Below, piece by piece: positions 27,460 to 36,412 of a stretch of 64,000 bases of DNA. Location: assembly GCA_017307785.1 (NCBI GenBank), contig JAFKGI010000012.1, forward strand, positions 64,001 through 128,000, read 5' to 3'. The position numbers and the translations under genes were made by a program. The DNA comes from Vulcanimicrobiota bacterium. Its GTDB lineage: Bacteria; Vulcanimicrobiota; Xenobia; Xenobiales; JADMJV01. The stretch's first letter is position 1, and every line of letters starts with the position of its first letter. The notes beneath the pieces were generated by a model. It worked only from the letters and a program-made list of their open reading frames with translations. It ran no database searches and was not told the DNA's origin.

Positions 27460-29093
27460 GCTGGCTGGAACGGCTCAATCTGGACGAAGATCAGCTGCAA
27501 CAGCTGCGCCAGGCCGTCGAGCCTCTGGAAATGGTTTTGGACCGCAAGTGGGCCACGGAATGCGAGGCCTTTCAGGCCGCCTCTCTGCACTACAACTGCC
27601 CGGTGCTTTCGTTAAGACGTTATCAGCCGGATCCGGAAGCGGTGCGCCTGCTCAGTGAGCAGCAGGCCCGCCGCGTGCGCTCCGTGCCACTCTTCCGCGT
27701 AGGCAATCGCCTCTACCTGGCGGTCGCCGATCCCGAGAATCTGCAAAATCAGGACTTTGTGGCCCAATTGACCGGCTGCGTCATCGAGCCCGTGCTGGCC
27801 CTGAGCAAAGACATCGACGAAGCGTTGAACCGGTCGATGATTACCGATGAACGTTCCAGCCAGACGCTGGAAGCGATTACCGCTGACGTAGTGGGCGAAA
27901 CAAAGATCATCCAGCAGTCGGCGGTCATCGAGGACCGAGACGTTCCCACCGTCAAGCTGGTGGACCACATCATCATGCAGGCCATTCGTCTCGGCGCTAG
28001 CGACCTGCATCTGGAAGCCTTTCCCCACAAAGTTCTGCTCCGCTACCGTATCGACGGTCAACTCCGAGAATTTCCCGCGCCCCCGAAAGCGATTTACGCA
28101 GCCGTAGTCTCCCGCATCAAGATCACCTCGAGCCTGGACATTGCCGAACGACGATTACCGCAAGACGGACGCGCCAGCATCTACGTCGACGACAAAAAAT
28201 ACGATCTTCGTGTGTCCATCATTCCCAACGTTCACGGCGAAGGCATCGTCATCCGCATTCTGAATCCACACGCGGTTTCCATGAACCTCACCGCTCTCGG
28301 TTTCGAACGCGACATTCTGGAGCGCTACGAACGCATTCTGGCCCGGCCTCACGGAGTTGTGCTGGTCACGGGACCCACCGGTTCGGGTAAATCGACGACG
28401 CTTTATGCGACCTTGAACGGCATCAGCGGAATTGCCAAAAAGATTATCACCTTGGAAGACCCCGTCGAGTATCAGCTCGCCAACATCACCCAGATCCAAA
28501 TTCAGCCGGAAATTGGCTACACCTATGCCCAGGGCTTGCGCGCCATTCTACGTCACGATCCCGACGTAGTGCTGATTGGTGAAATCCGCGACCTGGAGTC
28601 GGCTCAAATCGCGATCCGTGCGGCTCTCACGGGCCACCAGATGTTCTCCACTCTGCACACCAACGATGCCCCGCAAGCTGTAACCCGCCTGCTGGATATG
28701 GGCATTCCGTTTTATCAGCTGCAGGCCGCTTTGAACGGCATTCTGGCCCAACGGCTGGTAAGGCGACTTTGTCCCAGGTGCCGCCGGCCCGACGAGGGTT
28801 CGCTGGACGCTTTGCTCGACCTGGGCCTGCGAGCCGACCAGGAGACGTTCGCCGGGGTGGGCTGTCCCGAGTGCAACAACATCGGCTACAAAGGCCGCGT
28901 GGCGGTGCATGAACTGCTCGACTTCACGCCCAGTCTGCGCCGGCTGCGCGGAGACCAGATCAATGCGGAAGACATCGCCCATCAGGCGGCCTCGGAAGGC
29001 GCCTTCTTCACCATGGCGGACAGTCTCCGTCGCAAGGTCCTATCTGGCGTAACCAGCGTGGCGGAAGCTTTAGAACTTCTTCACGTAGACTGA
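27447..29093 (+). CDS. GspE/PilB-family secretion ATPase
   Basis: Walker A VLVTGPTGSGKSTTLYA, Asp box, Walker B (VVLIGEIRD), His box, and a C-terminal tetracysteine motif (CPRC...CPEC); N-terminal GspE-N-like domain. 548 aa. Confidence 0.9.
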   Translation: MPLLSWLERLNLDEDQLQQLRQAVEPLEMVLDRKWATECEAFQAASLHYNCPVLSLRRYQPDPEAVRLLSEQQARRVRSVPLFRVGNRLYLAVADPENLQNQDFVAQLTGCVIEPVLALSKDIDEALNRSMITDERSSQTLEAITADVVGETKIIQQSAVIEDRDVPTVKLVDHIIMQAIRLGASDLHLEAFPHKVLLRYRIDGQLREFPAPPKAIYAAVVSRIKITSSLDIAERRLPQDGRASIYVDDKKYDLRVSIIPNVHGEGIVIRILNPHAVSMNLTALGFERDILERYERILARPHGVVLVTGPTGSGKSTTLYATLNGISGIAKKIITLEDPVEYQLANITQIQIQPEIGYTYAQGLRAILRHDPDVVLIGEIRDLESAQIAIRAALTGHQMFSTLHTNDAPQAVTRLLDMGIPFYQLQAALNGILAQRLVRRLCPRCRRPDEGSLDALLDLGLRADQETFAGVGCPECNNIGYKGRVAVHELLDFTPSLRRLRGDQINAEDIAHQAASEGAFFTMADSLRRKVLSGVTSVAEALELLHVD

Positions 29094-29159
29094 GGAAATA
29101 AAAATGAGCCGCCTCGCTCCAGCTGCGAGACGACTCAAGAGGAAAATTTATCAGCGGAT

Positions 29160-29324
29160 CTAGGCCGTGCGGGCCATCCGGAAAATCAGGCCCAGCACGA
29201 AGACCACCAGGAAGACCTGGAGCAGCAGGTTACCCGCTCCAGCGGCGGTGCCGGCGACGCCACCGAATCCCAGGAACGCGGCGATGATGGCGATTAGAAA
29301 GAAAGTAATTGCCCAGTTTAACAT
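29160..29324 (-). CDS. DUF1328/UPF0391 small membrane protein
   Basis: ATG at 29324 ([48 protein letters not shown]), the typical two-helix UPF0391 pattern. Confidence 0.6.
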   Translation of the reverse strand: MLNWAITFFLIAIIAAFLGFGGVAGTAAGAGNLLLQVFLVVFVLGLIFRMARTA

Positions 29325-29452
29325 AGTGAATGTCTCCAATTCTTTGGCGGACATCCGGTCCGCGTTGGACTTAGAGTAAAGCATTCAGCCCGAGGTCACG
29401 AGAAATACTCGTACGTTTGCTGCCGGATCGGTATACCCGCCTCGGCAGGACT

Positions 29453-30568
29453 CTAGAATTTATAGCTCTGTCCCAAAAAGAAAGTGTTCTGTTGGCGAAC
29501 GCTGCGACCAGCCCGGTCAAAAACCGCCCGGTCGGCGTGGTCAAAGCGGAAGTCCATGCGAACCACCCAGTCTTCGGTGATGCGATACTCTGGAGTCACC
29601 GTAAAGCCACTGTAGTGAGCCCCGGGCAAAATACGGGCTCCGTCCGGATCGTTGAACCACTCCTGGCGAAAATTGAGAGAAAACTGGTCGCTCAGTCGGT
29701 TCGTCCAATACAGTACCAGGGAATTCCAATGAGCGGTGCCGCCGTCCCATCTCAGGCCTTGCTCGCGCGCCCGCATCACCTCGGCCCCCAGGGTGATTTC
29801 TTCGGTCACCTTGTAATTGGCAATCAGCTCCCAAAGCTGACGCTGGTTCCGATCATTACGGATCTGTTCGGCCCCCTGATAAAAGTTGGCCACCAACGAA
29901 AAATCGTCGGTCGGGTGAAAGTTGACCTGCGCCCCTACTGACAGGGAGTTGTTGGTGTCCTGAAAGCTATCCGCTCCCAAGACCAGCAGGCCGGTCACCG
30001 AGACGGTGTCGTCGATGGGATAGGTCGCCCTCACACCGGTATGAGTGAAAGGGGAATAGGTAAATGTCAGGGCTCGAGTAGCGTTCGGATTGCGCCCATC
30101 GACCCCGTCCATCACCTCGTAGCCCACGTGACTGGCGAATTTGCCCACGTCCACGCGCAATCCGTTAGCGAAGGTGTGGCTGACGAAGGCCTGGCGAATG
30201 TCAAAATCGGTGTTACTGTATCCGGAATAAGCATCGCGGAACAGTCCTGAGGCAGCATCGACTCGCGGCATGCTGCCGCCGCCCGTGACCTCCAACCGAA
30301 AACCGGTCCGGTCCGCCTCATCCAGCGCGTATTGTAAATTCAGGTCGAGGACATCCAGGCGCAAGCGATCCGTGCGTTCATCGTAGCCGTGGTAAAGGTT
30401 CCGGCCGTCAGCGGGCCGGTTGAAGTTGGTACTGAAACTACTCTGCACATAGCCGTTGAACTTCAGCTCCGGCTCGATCTCCGCCGGCTGGGCCACCTGC
30501 GTGGGAGCCTCAGGGGGTGCTTGCGCGGCGACCGGAATCGTTAGTAGCAGGAAAAGCCCGTTGCGCAT
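29453..30568 (-). CDS. outer-membrane beta-barrel protein (porin-like)
   Basis: Signal peptide MRNGLFLLLTIPVAAQA, alternating amphipathic beta-strand pattern, and a C-terminal aromatic-x-aromatic terminus ...GQSYKF. The start overlaps the stop of the upstream BNR gene. Confidence 0.55.
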   Translation of the reverse strand: MRNGLFLLLTIPVAAQAPPEAPTQVAQPAEIEPELKFNGYVQSSFSTNFNRPADGRNLYHGYDERTDRLRLDVLDLNLQYALDEADRTGFRLEVTGGGSMPRVDAASGLFRDAYSGYSNTDFDIRQAFVSHTFANGLRVDVGKFASHVGYEVMDGVDGRNPNATRALTFTYSPFTHTGVRATYPIDDTVSVTGLLVLGADSFQDTNNSLSVGAQVNFHPTDDFSLVANFYQGAEQIRNDRNQRQLWELIANYKVTEEITLGAEVMRAREQGLRWDGGTAHWNSLVLYWTNRLSDQFSLNFRQEWFNDPDGARILPGAHYSGFTVTPEYRITEDWVVRMDFRFDHADRAVFDRAGRSVRQQNTFFLGQSYKF

Positions 30569-31692
30569 CAGTATTTGCCGCTACCCACCGGCAGTTTCGG
30601 TTTCCGCGGCAGAGACTGACGAGCCAATTTTAGAACCAGCTGGCCGGCCTCTTGCTCCTGCCAGACGATTACGTACTGTTCCTGGTTCCAGACCATGGTA
30701 GGCAGACCCGATGGACCTGGAGACTGGCTGATATTCTGAGGGACGGTAAAAGTCGCGCCGCCGTCGCTCGACTGAACGAGGAAGATGTCCGGGTTGGAGC
30801 CGCTCTGGCTGGAATCCACCCAGGCCACCGCCAGACGGTCCGATTCGGCTGAGGCAAGACAGGGGTCTGTGGACTCGGCGGGGGTATCGAAAAAGATAGG
30901 GGCAGAAAAAGTCCCGTCGTTCTGGGAACGGGAGAAGTAGATGTCCCAGACGGAACTGGAGCGCGAATTGTCCATCCAGGCCAGGTAGACCTGATGGGAT
31001 CCGCTGACCAGAATCGCAGGGGACTGCGACCGCCCGGCCGTTCTGCTGACGTTCCGCGGAGCGCTCCAGCCGCTCGGAGCTCTCTCCGTCGCGAAGACGT
31101 CCGGGCGTTGATTTCCCGAGGTCGTGTCCAACCAGGCGACCTGCACCGAGGCGTCCGCACCAGCGGATACGGTTGGTTGGCTGGAGACCCCGGGGGTTTT
31201 CGAGAGATTGAGACCTTGACTCCACACGAGACTCTGCTGATTGGAGTAGCTGTAAAAAACGTCGGGGGATGCGCTCGAACGCTCCACCCAGACCGCGTGC
31301 AAACCGTCGTCCTGGTCGATAGCAAGATCCGGGCTGTCGGCCCTGCCGGCAAAAACCGTGGTCGGCGGGGCGAAAGTGCGGCCATCAGCCGAACGAGAAA
31401 AAACAACCTGACCATCTTCGAGCCAGAGTACCTCAGGAGTGCCCTTGCTATCCACCACCAGGCTAGCCTGTGTGGAGGTTGCCGGCGAGTGGCACACAGC
31501 CGCTTCCTCAGTCCAGCTCTGACCGTTGTCCTGACTGGATCGCAGCCAGATGTCACCGTCTCTTTCGTAAGCCAGCCAGAGTCGACCGCTCCCATCGCGG
31601 CAAAGGTCCGGATTCTGCCCCCGGCCGATCGGGACCGAATCCGCGAGGGCCAGTCCAGATAGGAGCAGCCAGACGACCAGGCTCTTTCTCAT
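30568..31692 (-). CDS. BNR/Asp-box repeat beta-propeller protein (sialidase-like fold), secreted
   Basis: Signal peptide MRKSLVVWLLLSGLALA; multiple S-x-D-x-G-x-(T/S)-(W/F) Asp-box motifs (SQDNGQSW, SADGRTF, SSDGGATF). Confidence 0.65.
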   Translation of the reverse strand: MRKSLVVWLLLSGLALADSVPIGRGQNPDLCRDGSGRLWLAYERDGDIWLRSSQDNGQSWTEEAAVCHSPATSTQASLVVDSKGTPEVLWLEDGQVVFSRSADGRTFAPPTTVFAGRADSPDLAIDQDDGLHAVWVERSSASPDVFYSYSNQQSLVWSQGLNLSKTPGVSSQPTVSAGADASVQVAWLDTTSGNQRPDVFATERAPSGWSAPRNVSRTAGRSQSPAILVSGSHQVYLAWMDNSRSSSVWDIYFSRSQNDGTFSAPIFFDTPAESTDPCLASAESDRLAVAWVDSSQSGSNPDIFLVQSSDGGATFTVPQNISQSPGPSGLPTMVWNQEQYVIVWQEQEAGQLVLKLARQSLPRKPKLPVGSGKY

Positions 31693-33161
31693 GGCTTGAT
31701 CAAGTAATAGAGATCCGTTTCCCAGAGCTGCTGCTCCTGGGGGAAGGTAACTCGGTAGACTCCCCAGGGAGCTTCATCGCATTGCAGGCGTTGCTCGACC
31801 GCCCAATGACGCATTTCTTCATAGCGCTTGGGTAGATTCTGGTAGTCCGCGCCTTTGTGGGTCAGGGTAATGACCTGACCCTCAGGGAGGCTTCCCGCTT
31901 CAATTCTGCCGCCGGGAGAGGGCATCTTTTTGGGTAAAACCACACCCGCCTCGATATCGGCCTCGGTGTTGGAAAACTTATGCCAGCGTAAGTAACCCGG
32001 CGCCTGAATGCCGGCGGCCCTGGTGTAGTCAGCAATCTCGGCCGACATACGGCTGACCGCGGTCTCCAGCTCGCCCAACTGGGACACCTTCTCGCGTAGA
32101 AACCAGGTCGGCCGGGCCGGCTCGCCCACCACGCGAATGGTTGCCGGCGGTAAACCGTCGGGGTTGAGATGGGGAGAGGGAGTCGCACGAACGGAAGGGG
32201 TCGGCGTTGGGCTGGCCGGAGAGAGACTGTGGAGCAGAGGTTTCACGCCGATCAGTCCCAGACCCAGAAGCAAAACCCCGGCGGTCCCGGCTCTTTTGGG
32301 CCAGGGATTGGGCCGAGCCGGCGCAACATAAGGGCGAGTCAAAAAATCCCGCATCTCGGCGGCATTCTGGAAGCGCTGGTCGGGGTCCAGGCTCAGCACC
32401 TTGTCCACCGTCTCGGCAAGCTGAGGCTCGATATCTCCTCGCAACGCCAGCACCGGAATGTATCTTCCCATTTGAATAGGCTGCCCGGTCAGCAGCAAGT
32501 AGAGCGTAGCTCCCAAAGCATAAAGGTCGGAGCGGACGTCGGCTTTCCCAAGCATTTGCTCGGGCGGGCAGAACATCAGAGTGCCCGCCGTGGTCTGGGT
32601 GTGCTCCGAGGTCCCGCGAGCCAGTCCGAAGTCAACCAGGTAGAGTTTCCCGTTCTCGGTATCCCGAATGATGTTGGCCGGTTTGACGTCGCGGTGAATG
32701 ATCGGGGGGGCCAGAGAGTGCAGATACTCGAGCACTCCCAACATCTCCAGCGCAATGCTGCGCGCCAGCGAGCAGTCGATGCCCTTTTTCTCCGCTTTCA
32801 GGGCCAGTTCTAACTCGTGATGGAGAGTCACCCCCTGGATAAAATCCATCACGATATAGCAGAGGACACCTCCCTCTCGCTCCAACTGAAAGAAATCGCG
32901 CACGCGGGGGATGTTGGGATGCTGCAACTGACTCAGTAAGTTGGCTTCTTCGCGGAAGCGGCGGCTCACCCAGGTGTCGTCGGTGGGATGCATCTCCTTG
33001 ATAGCGCAGGGGCCGTCCAGGTTCTCGTCGTGGGCCAGATAGATGGATCCCATGCCACCGGACTTGAGCACGGTGTTGACGTGATAGCGCTGCTGCAGGA
33101 CCTCTCCGGACTTCAAGGACACGCTCCCCCGTTCGCGACCGCATAGCGAATTACTGCTCAA
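31689..33161 (-). CDS. Ser/Thr protein kinase with C-terminal GyrI-like ligand-binding domain
   Basis: Hanks kinase motifs (GGMGSIYLA, AIKEM, HRDVKPANII, DFGLA, GT..FCPPE). The C-terminal ~150 aa resemble GyrI-like/AraC effector-binding domains (GVVLPKKMP...GQVITLTHKGADYQNL...WGVYRV). 490 aa. Confidence 0.8.
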   Translation of the reverse strand: MSSNSLCGRERGSVSLKSGEVLQQRYHVNTVLKSGGMGSIYLAHDENLDGPCAIKEMHPTDDTWVSRRFREEANLLSQLQHPNIPRVRDFFQLEREGGVLCYIVMDFIQGVTLHHELELALKAEKKGIDCSLARSIALEMLGVLEYLHSLAPPIIHRDVKPANIIRDTENGKLYLVDFGLARGTSEHTQTTAGTLMFCPPEQMLGKADVRSDLYALGATLYLLLTGQPIQMGRYIPVLALRGDIEPQLAETVDKVLSLDPDQRFQNAAEMRDFLTRPYVAPARPNPWPKRAGTAGVLLLGLGLIGVKPLLHSLSPASPTPTPSVRATPSPHLNPDGLPPATIRVVGEPARPTWFLREKVSQLGELETAVSRMSAEIADYTRAAGIQAPGYLRWHKFSNTEADIEAGVVLPKKMPSPGGRIEAGSLPEGQVITLTHKGADYQNLPKRYEEMRHWAVEQRLQCDEAPWGVYRVTFPQEQQLWETDLYYLIKP

Positions 33162-33291
33162 ACTTTTGTCTCGGTCTCTACCGGGACGGGCAACCTGCCT
33201 TTGGGTATCGACTTACCTGGAGCGAAACGGCCAGGCGGCGTAATCTGAGGGCAAGCAAAACGACACAAAACGTTTTCACACACAGGAGGTA

Positions 33292-33705
33292 ATGATTATG
33301 CGAAAGTTTCTTTTAAGTGCTGGACTCTTTGCTACGATGGCCGCTTCGGCGTTCGCCCAGGGTGGAGGCATCCTGCAGCCCGGTAGCACCATGTATCCTG
33401 GTCAGGTAGCCTGGTCGCCCAACGGCGCCTACCACCTGAACTTCCAGGAAGACGGCAACCTGGTGCTCTACAACAACGGCGGCGCCGTGATGTGGGCCAC
33501 CGAGACCAACGGCGCTCCAGCCACCGAGCTGCGTATGCAGACCGACGGTAACCTGGTGATGTATGGCAACGGTCAGACCCTGTGGTCATCCAACACCGCC
33601 GGCCACCCGGGCGCTCAGTTCCGGATCCAGAATGACGGTAACATGGTGCTTTACAGCCCTCGTCAGCGCGTTCTCTGGGCTTCTGAGTCCAACGGCAACG
33701 GCTAA
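33292..33705 (+). CDS. secreted B-type (bulb-type, mannose-binding) lectin domain protein
   Basis: AGGAGG ribosome-binding site; signal peptide; three Q-x-D-x-N-x-V-x-Y subdomain motifs (QEDGNLVLY, QTDGNLVMY, QNDGNMVLY) with conserved W/N spacing. Single domain, 137 aa. Confidence 0.8.
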   Translation: MIMRKFLLSAGLFATMAASAFAQGGGILQPGSTMYPGQVAWSPNGAYHLNFQEDGNLVLYNNGGAVMWATETNGAPATELRMQTDGNLVMYGNGQTLWSSNTAGHPGAQFRIQNDGNMVLYSPRQRVLWASESNGNG

Positions 33706-33723
33706 CGCACTCTTTGAATCACC

Positions 33724-33752
33724 GGCCCCCTCTACGGAGGGGGCTTTTTTCG
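33724..33752 (+). terminator. rho-independent terminator
   Basis: GCCCCCTC-TACG-GAGGGGGC perfect 8-bp GC stem followed by TTTTTT, directly after the lectin stop. Confidence 0.7.
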
Positions 33753-33771
33753 TTTGCGAGAAGCGCTGGCC

Positions 33772-34203
33772 ATGGGCGACGACAAGTGGCTGGCTACAAT
33801 CAAGGAATTTTTTGAAGAGCGCATTGCTTTCGACAAGCATCTGGGCCTGTGCATCCAGGACATCCGGCCCGGCTGGGTCCGGGTTCGCCTGCCTTTCAAA
33901 CCCGAGTTCCTCGGGGACCCTTTCCGTCAGGCTCTGCATGGAGGCGTCATCTCCACGGTAGTCGACGCGGCTGCCGGAGCAGCCGCGCTGTCCACTCTCC
34001 CCTATGGTAGTCGCTGCAGCACGGTGGACATGCGTGTCGATTACCTGCTTCCCGCGCAACCGGAGGAGCTTGTGGCGGAAGCGACGGTGGTCCGTTCGGG
34101 AAATCAGGTAGCCGTCATCGATGTGGAAGTTTTTCAAGGTGCAAACCAGCGCATCGCCAGCGGGCGAACAGTCTACAGTTTGAAGGCGGCAACTCCCCAA
34201 TGA
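33772..34203 (+). CDS. PaaI/hotdog-fold thioesterase family protein
   Basis: ATG at 33772. Hotdog thioesterase pattern (HLGLCIQDIRPGWVRVRLPF...LHGGVISTVVDAAAGAAA...SRCSTVDMRVDYL...GNQVAVIDVEV). Confidence 0.7.
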   Translation: MGDDKWLATIKEFFEERIAFDKHLGLCIQDIRPGWVRVRLPFKPEFLGDPFRQALHGGVISTVVDAAAGAAALSTLPYGSRCSTVDMRVDYLLPAQPEELVAEATVVRSGNQVAVIDVEVFQGANQRIASGRTVYSLKAATPQ

Positions 34204-34961
34204 AACAATGGATTCTCATCGCACTCCTGAGCAGCCTGGCCTGGAGTCAACCCATTCAGGTAGACCCGAAGGAGGCTCAGTCGGCCGGATTGCGGGTGTG
34301 GAAGAATGAATGTTCCGGCACGGTCGAGGGATTGACCTCCTGGAATTACGGCGAAGAGTTTCCCTCATTGGGAATCGGACACTTCATCTGGTATCCCGAG
34401 GGCCGCAGCGGTCCTTTCCAGGAAAGCTTTCCCCAACTGATCGCCTTCTTGCGCGAACGCCATTCCGACGTTCCTAAGTGGATCCCGGCCGCCTGTCCCT
34501 GGCCGGACCGTCAGTCCTTTCTGGCCGACTATAACGGCGCCAAACTGAAAGAACTGCGGCGCTATCTGGCTTCTCGGGTGGGAGATCAGACCCAGTTCAT
34601 GGTTGCTCGGCTTCAGGAAGCCCTCCCCAAGATGATGGAAATCGGCCGCAATCCAGATCAGATCAAGCAACGTTTCCATACATTACTGAAAACGCCGGGC
34701 GGAACCTACGCCCTGCTGGACTACGTCAACTTTAAAGGTGAGGGAATCAAAGATACTGAGCGATACGCCGGTAAAGGCTGGGGACTTCTTCAGGTACTGG
34801 AGGAATGCGACGCAGGAACATTCGCTCGCAATCCTCTCGCCGCTTTCAGCAAATCGGCCGAACTGGTGCTGCGCCGCCGCGTGCGAAACTCCCCGCCCGA
34901 CCGGGGAGAACAGCGCTGGTTGACGGGATGGATGAACCGGGTTCACGGCTACCAACAGTAG
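34200..34961 (+). CDS. secreted hypothetical protein
   Basis: ATGA overlap with the upstream thioesterase; signal peptide MKQWILIALLSSLAWS; 253 aa, no motif recognised. Confidence 0.45.
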   Translation: MKQWILIALLSSLAWSQPIQVDPKEAQSAGLRVWKNECSGTVEGLTSWNYGEEFPSLGIGHFIWYPEGRSGPFQESFPQLIAFLRERHSDVPKWIPAACPWPDRQSFLADYNGAKLKELRRYLASRVGDQTQFMVARLQEALPKMMEIGRNPDQIKQRFHTLLKTPGGTYALLDYVNFKGEGIKDTERYAGKGWGLLQVLEECDAGTFARNPLAAFSKSAELVLRRRVRNSPPDRGEQRWLTGWMNRVHGYQQ

Positions 34962-35076
34962 TATAAATGTCTTAAGACAATCTTCAGAAAAATCGGGAAA
35001 TGGCTTCAGCCTCCGGGGCTATTCTGTGAATGAAGAAATTCACAGGAAAAAGAAAAAAGACGGAGGAAAATTCAAG

Positions 35077-35442
35077 ATGAAAAAGATGATTTGTGCAGGA
35101 CTCGTCGTTCTGGCCAGCCTGGCCGCCTCCGCGGCCCCGGTCACCAGTGGAATGGTCACCGGCACCACACGCAACGGCGTCTACCTGGCCAACAATCAGG
35201 GGGTCACTTTCATCCCCTACTCGCAGGCACAGTTTCGCCTGAACGGTCGTCGCATCGCTGACCGCCAGGTCGTGGACGGGATGCGCGTGACGGTCTACCC
35301 GCAAGGAAACTTCCAAACCCAGTACGTGCCACAGGCCTTCTACAACAGCCACCGGAACTGGGACTGGAACCAGCAGCAGACCGGCTGGAACCAGGACCGC
35401 AGCCACTGGCGCCAGGACCGTATGGGCTGGCACCGCTACTAA
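35077..35442 (+). CDS. small secreted hypothetical protein
   Basis: ATG at 35077 with GGAGGA upstream; signal peptide MKKMICAGLVVLASLAASAAP; Trp/Asn/Gln-rich C-terminus. Confidence 0.5.
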   Translation: MKKMICAGLVVLASLAASAAPVTSGMVTGTTRNGVYLANNQGVTFIPYSQAQFRLNGRRIADRQVVDGMRVTVYPQGNFQTQYVPQAFYNSHRNWDWNQQQTGWNQDRSHWRQDRMGWHRY

Positions 35443-35670
35443 AAATTCCCTCGGCTCTTCCCGGCAACCCCTCTCGGCCTGGAAGGGCCTTTTTTAGTAT
35501 CCCCATACCGCGCCCACAGGGATCCCCATACCTCCCCTCTAGAGAATGTCATTCGTATGATGGGATAGGAAGACAGCCAGGAGACGAACAAAATCGTACG
35601 CGATTCGATGCGGGTCCCGAACTGGTCCCTCGGGCAGTATCACAGTTCTTGGAAACTCTTCGGACTCTCT

Positions 35671-35740
35671 GGTGTCACAGGGCTCTGACAAATGTCAGGG
35701 CCCTGCTCCTTTTCCGGAAAGGTTGTCACCCACCTGACAC
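35671..35740. promoter_or_regulatory. operator-like array of TGTCA/TGACA half-sites upstream of the two-component operon
   Basis: GGTGTCAC-N8-TGACA (35671-35690), a further TGTCA at 35693-35697, and GTTGTCACC-N6-TGACACC (35722-35741), ending about 20 nt before the regulator's ATG at 35759. A TTCCGGAA palindrome sits at 35712-35719. Confidence 0.4.
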
Positions 35741-35758
35741 CTAAGGCGCTTACCGTTT

Positions 35759-36412
35759 ATGATGTTGGACACGATTTTAATCATCGAAGACGACCCTTCG
35801 ATCGCAGAACTCCTCACCCTGACCCTGGAACAAGAAGGATTTCGCAGCCTTTGGGCCAGTGACGGAGGCCTGGGCTGGGAAATGTTCCAGAGCGAGAGCC
35901 CCGCGGCGGTCCTCCTCGACCTGCGCCTTCCTCGCCTGAGCGGTCTGGAAGTTCTGCGCAACATTCGCAAGCAATCGGAAATACCGGTGCTCATCATGTC
36001 GGTGAAGGACCAGGAATCCGACAAAGTGGCAGGCCTCGAACTCGGTGCCGATGATTACGTCACCAAGCCCTTCTCGCCGCGAGAGCTTATGGCGCGGCTG
36101 CGACGGAATCTGCGCAAAGGCAAGCTGACTCAGACCCAGATGGGCCACCTGCGCGTGGACTGGCAGCGGGCCGACGTATTCCGAGACGAAGCTCGCGTAC
36201 TGTTGACCGCACGAGAATTTGAAGTGCTGCGTGTCCTCTACGAGAACCGAGAACGCGTTTTGGAACGAGACTCCCTGCTCGAAAAGGTGTGGGGATACGA
36301 CTTTGAAGGCGACGCGCGAGTGGTCGACACCACCATCAAGCGCCTCCGTGGCAAGGTGGGCCAGAATTTGATCGAGACGGTTCGCGGCCTGGGATATCGC
36401 CTGGCCTTGTGA
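35759..36412 (+). CDS. OmpR/PhoB-family response regulator
   Basis: Receiver domain (ILIIEDDPS...LLDLRLP...KPF) plus a winged-helix trans-regulatory C-terminal domain (RVDWQRADVFRDEARVLLTAREFEVLRVL...YRL). Confidence 0.9.
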   Translation: MMLDTILIIEDDPSIAELLTLTLEQEGFRSLWASDGGLGWEMFQSESPAAVLLDLRLPRLSGLEVLRNIRKQSEIPVLIMSVKDQESDKVAGLELGADDYVTKPFSPRELMARLRRNLRKGKLTQTQMGHLRVDWQRADVFRDEARVLLTAREFEVLRVLYENRERVLERDSLLEKVWGYDFEGDARVVDTTIKRLRGKVGQNLIETVRGLGYRLAL

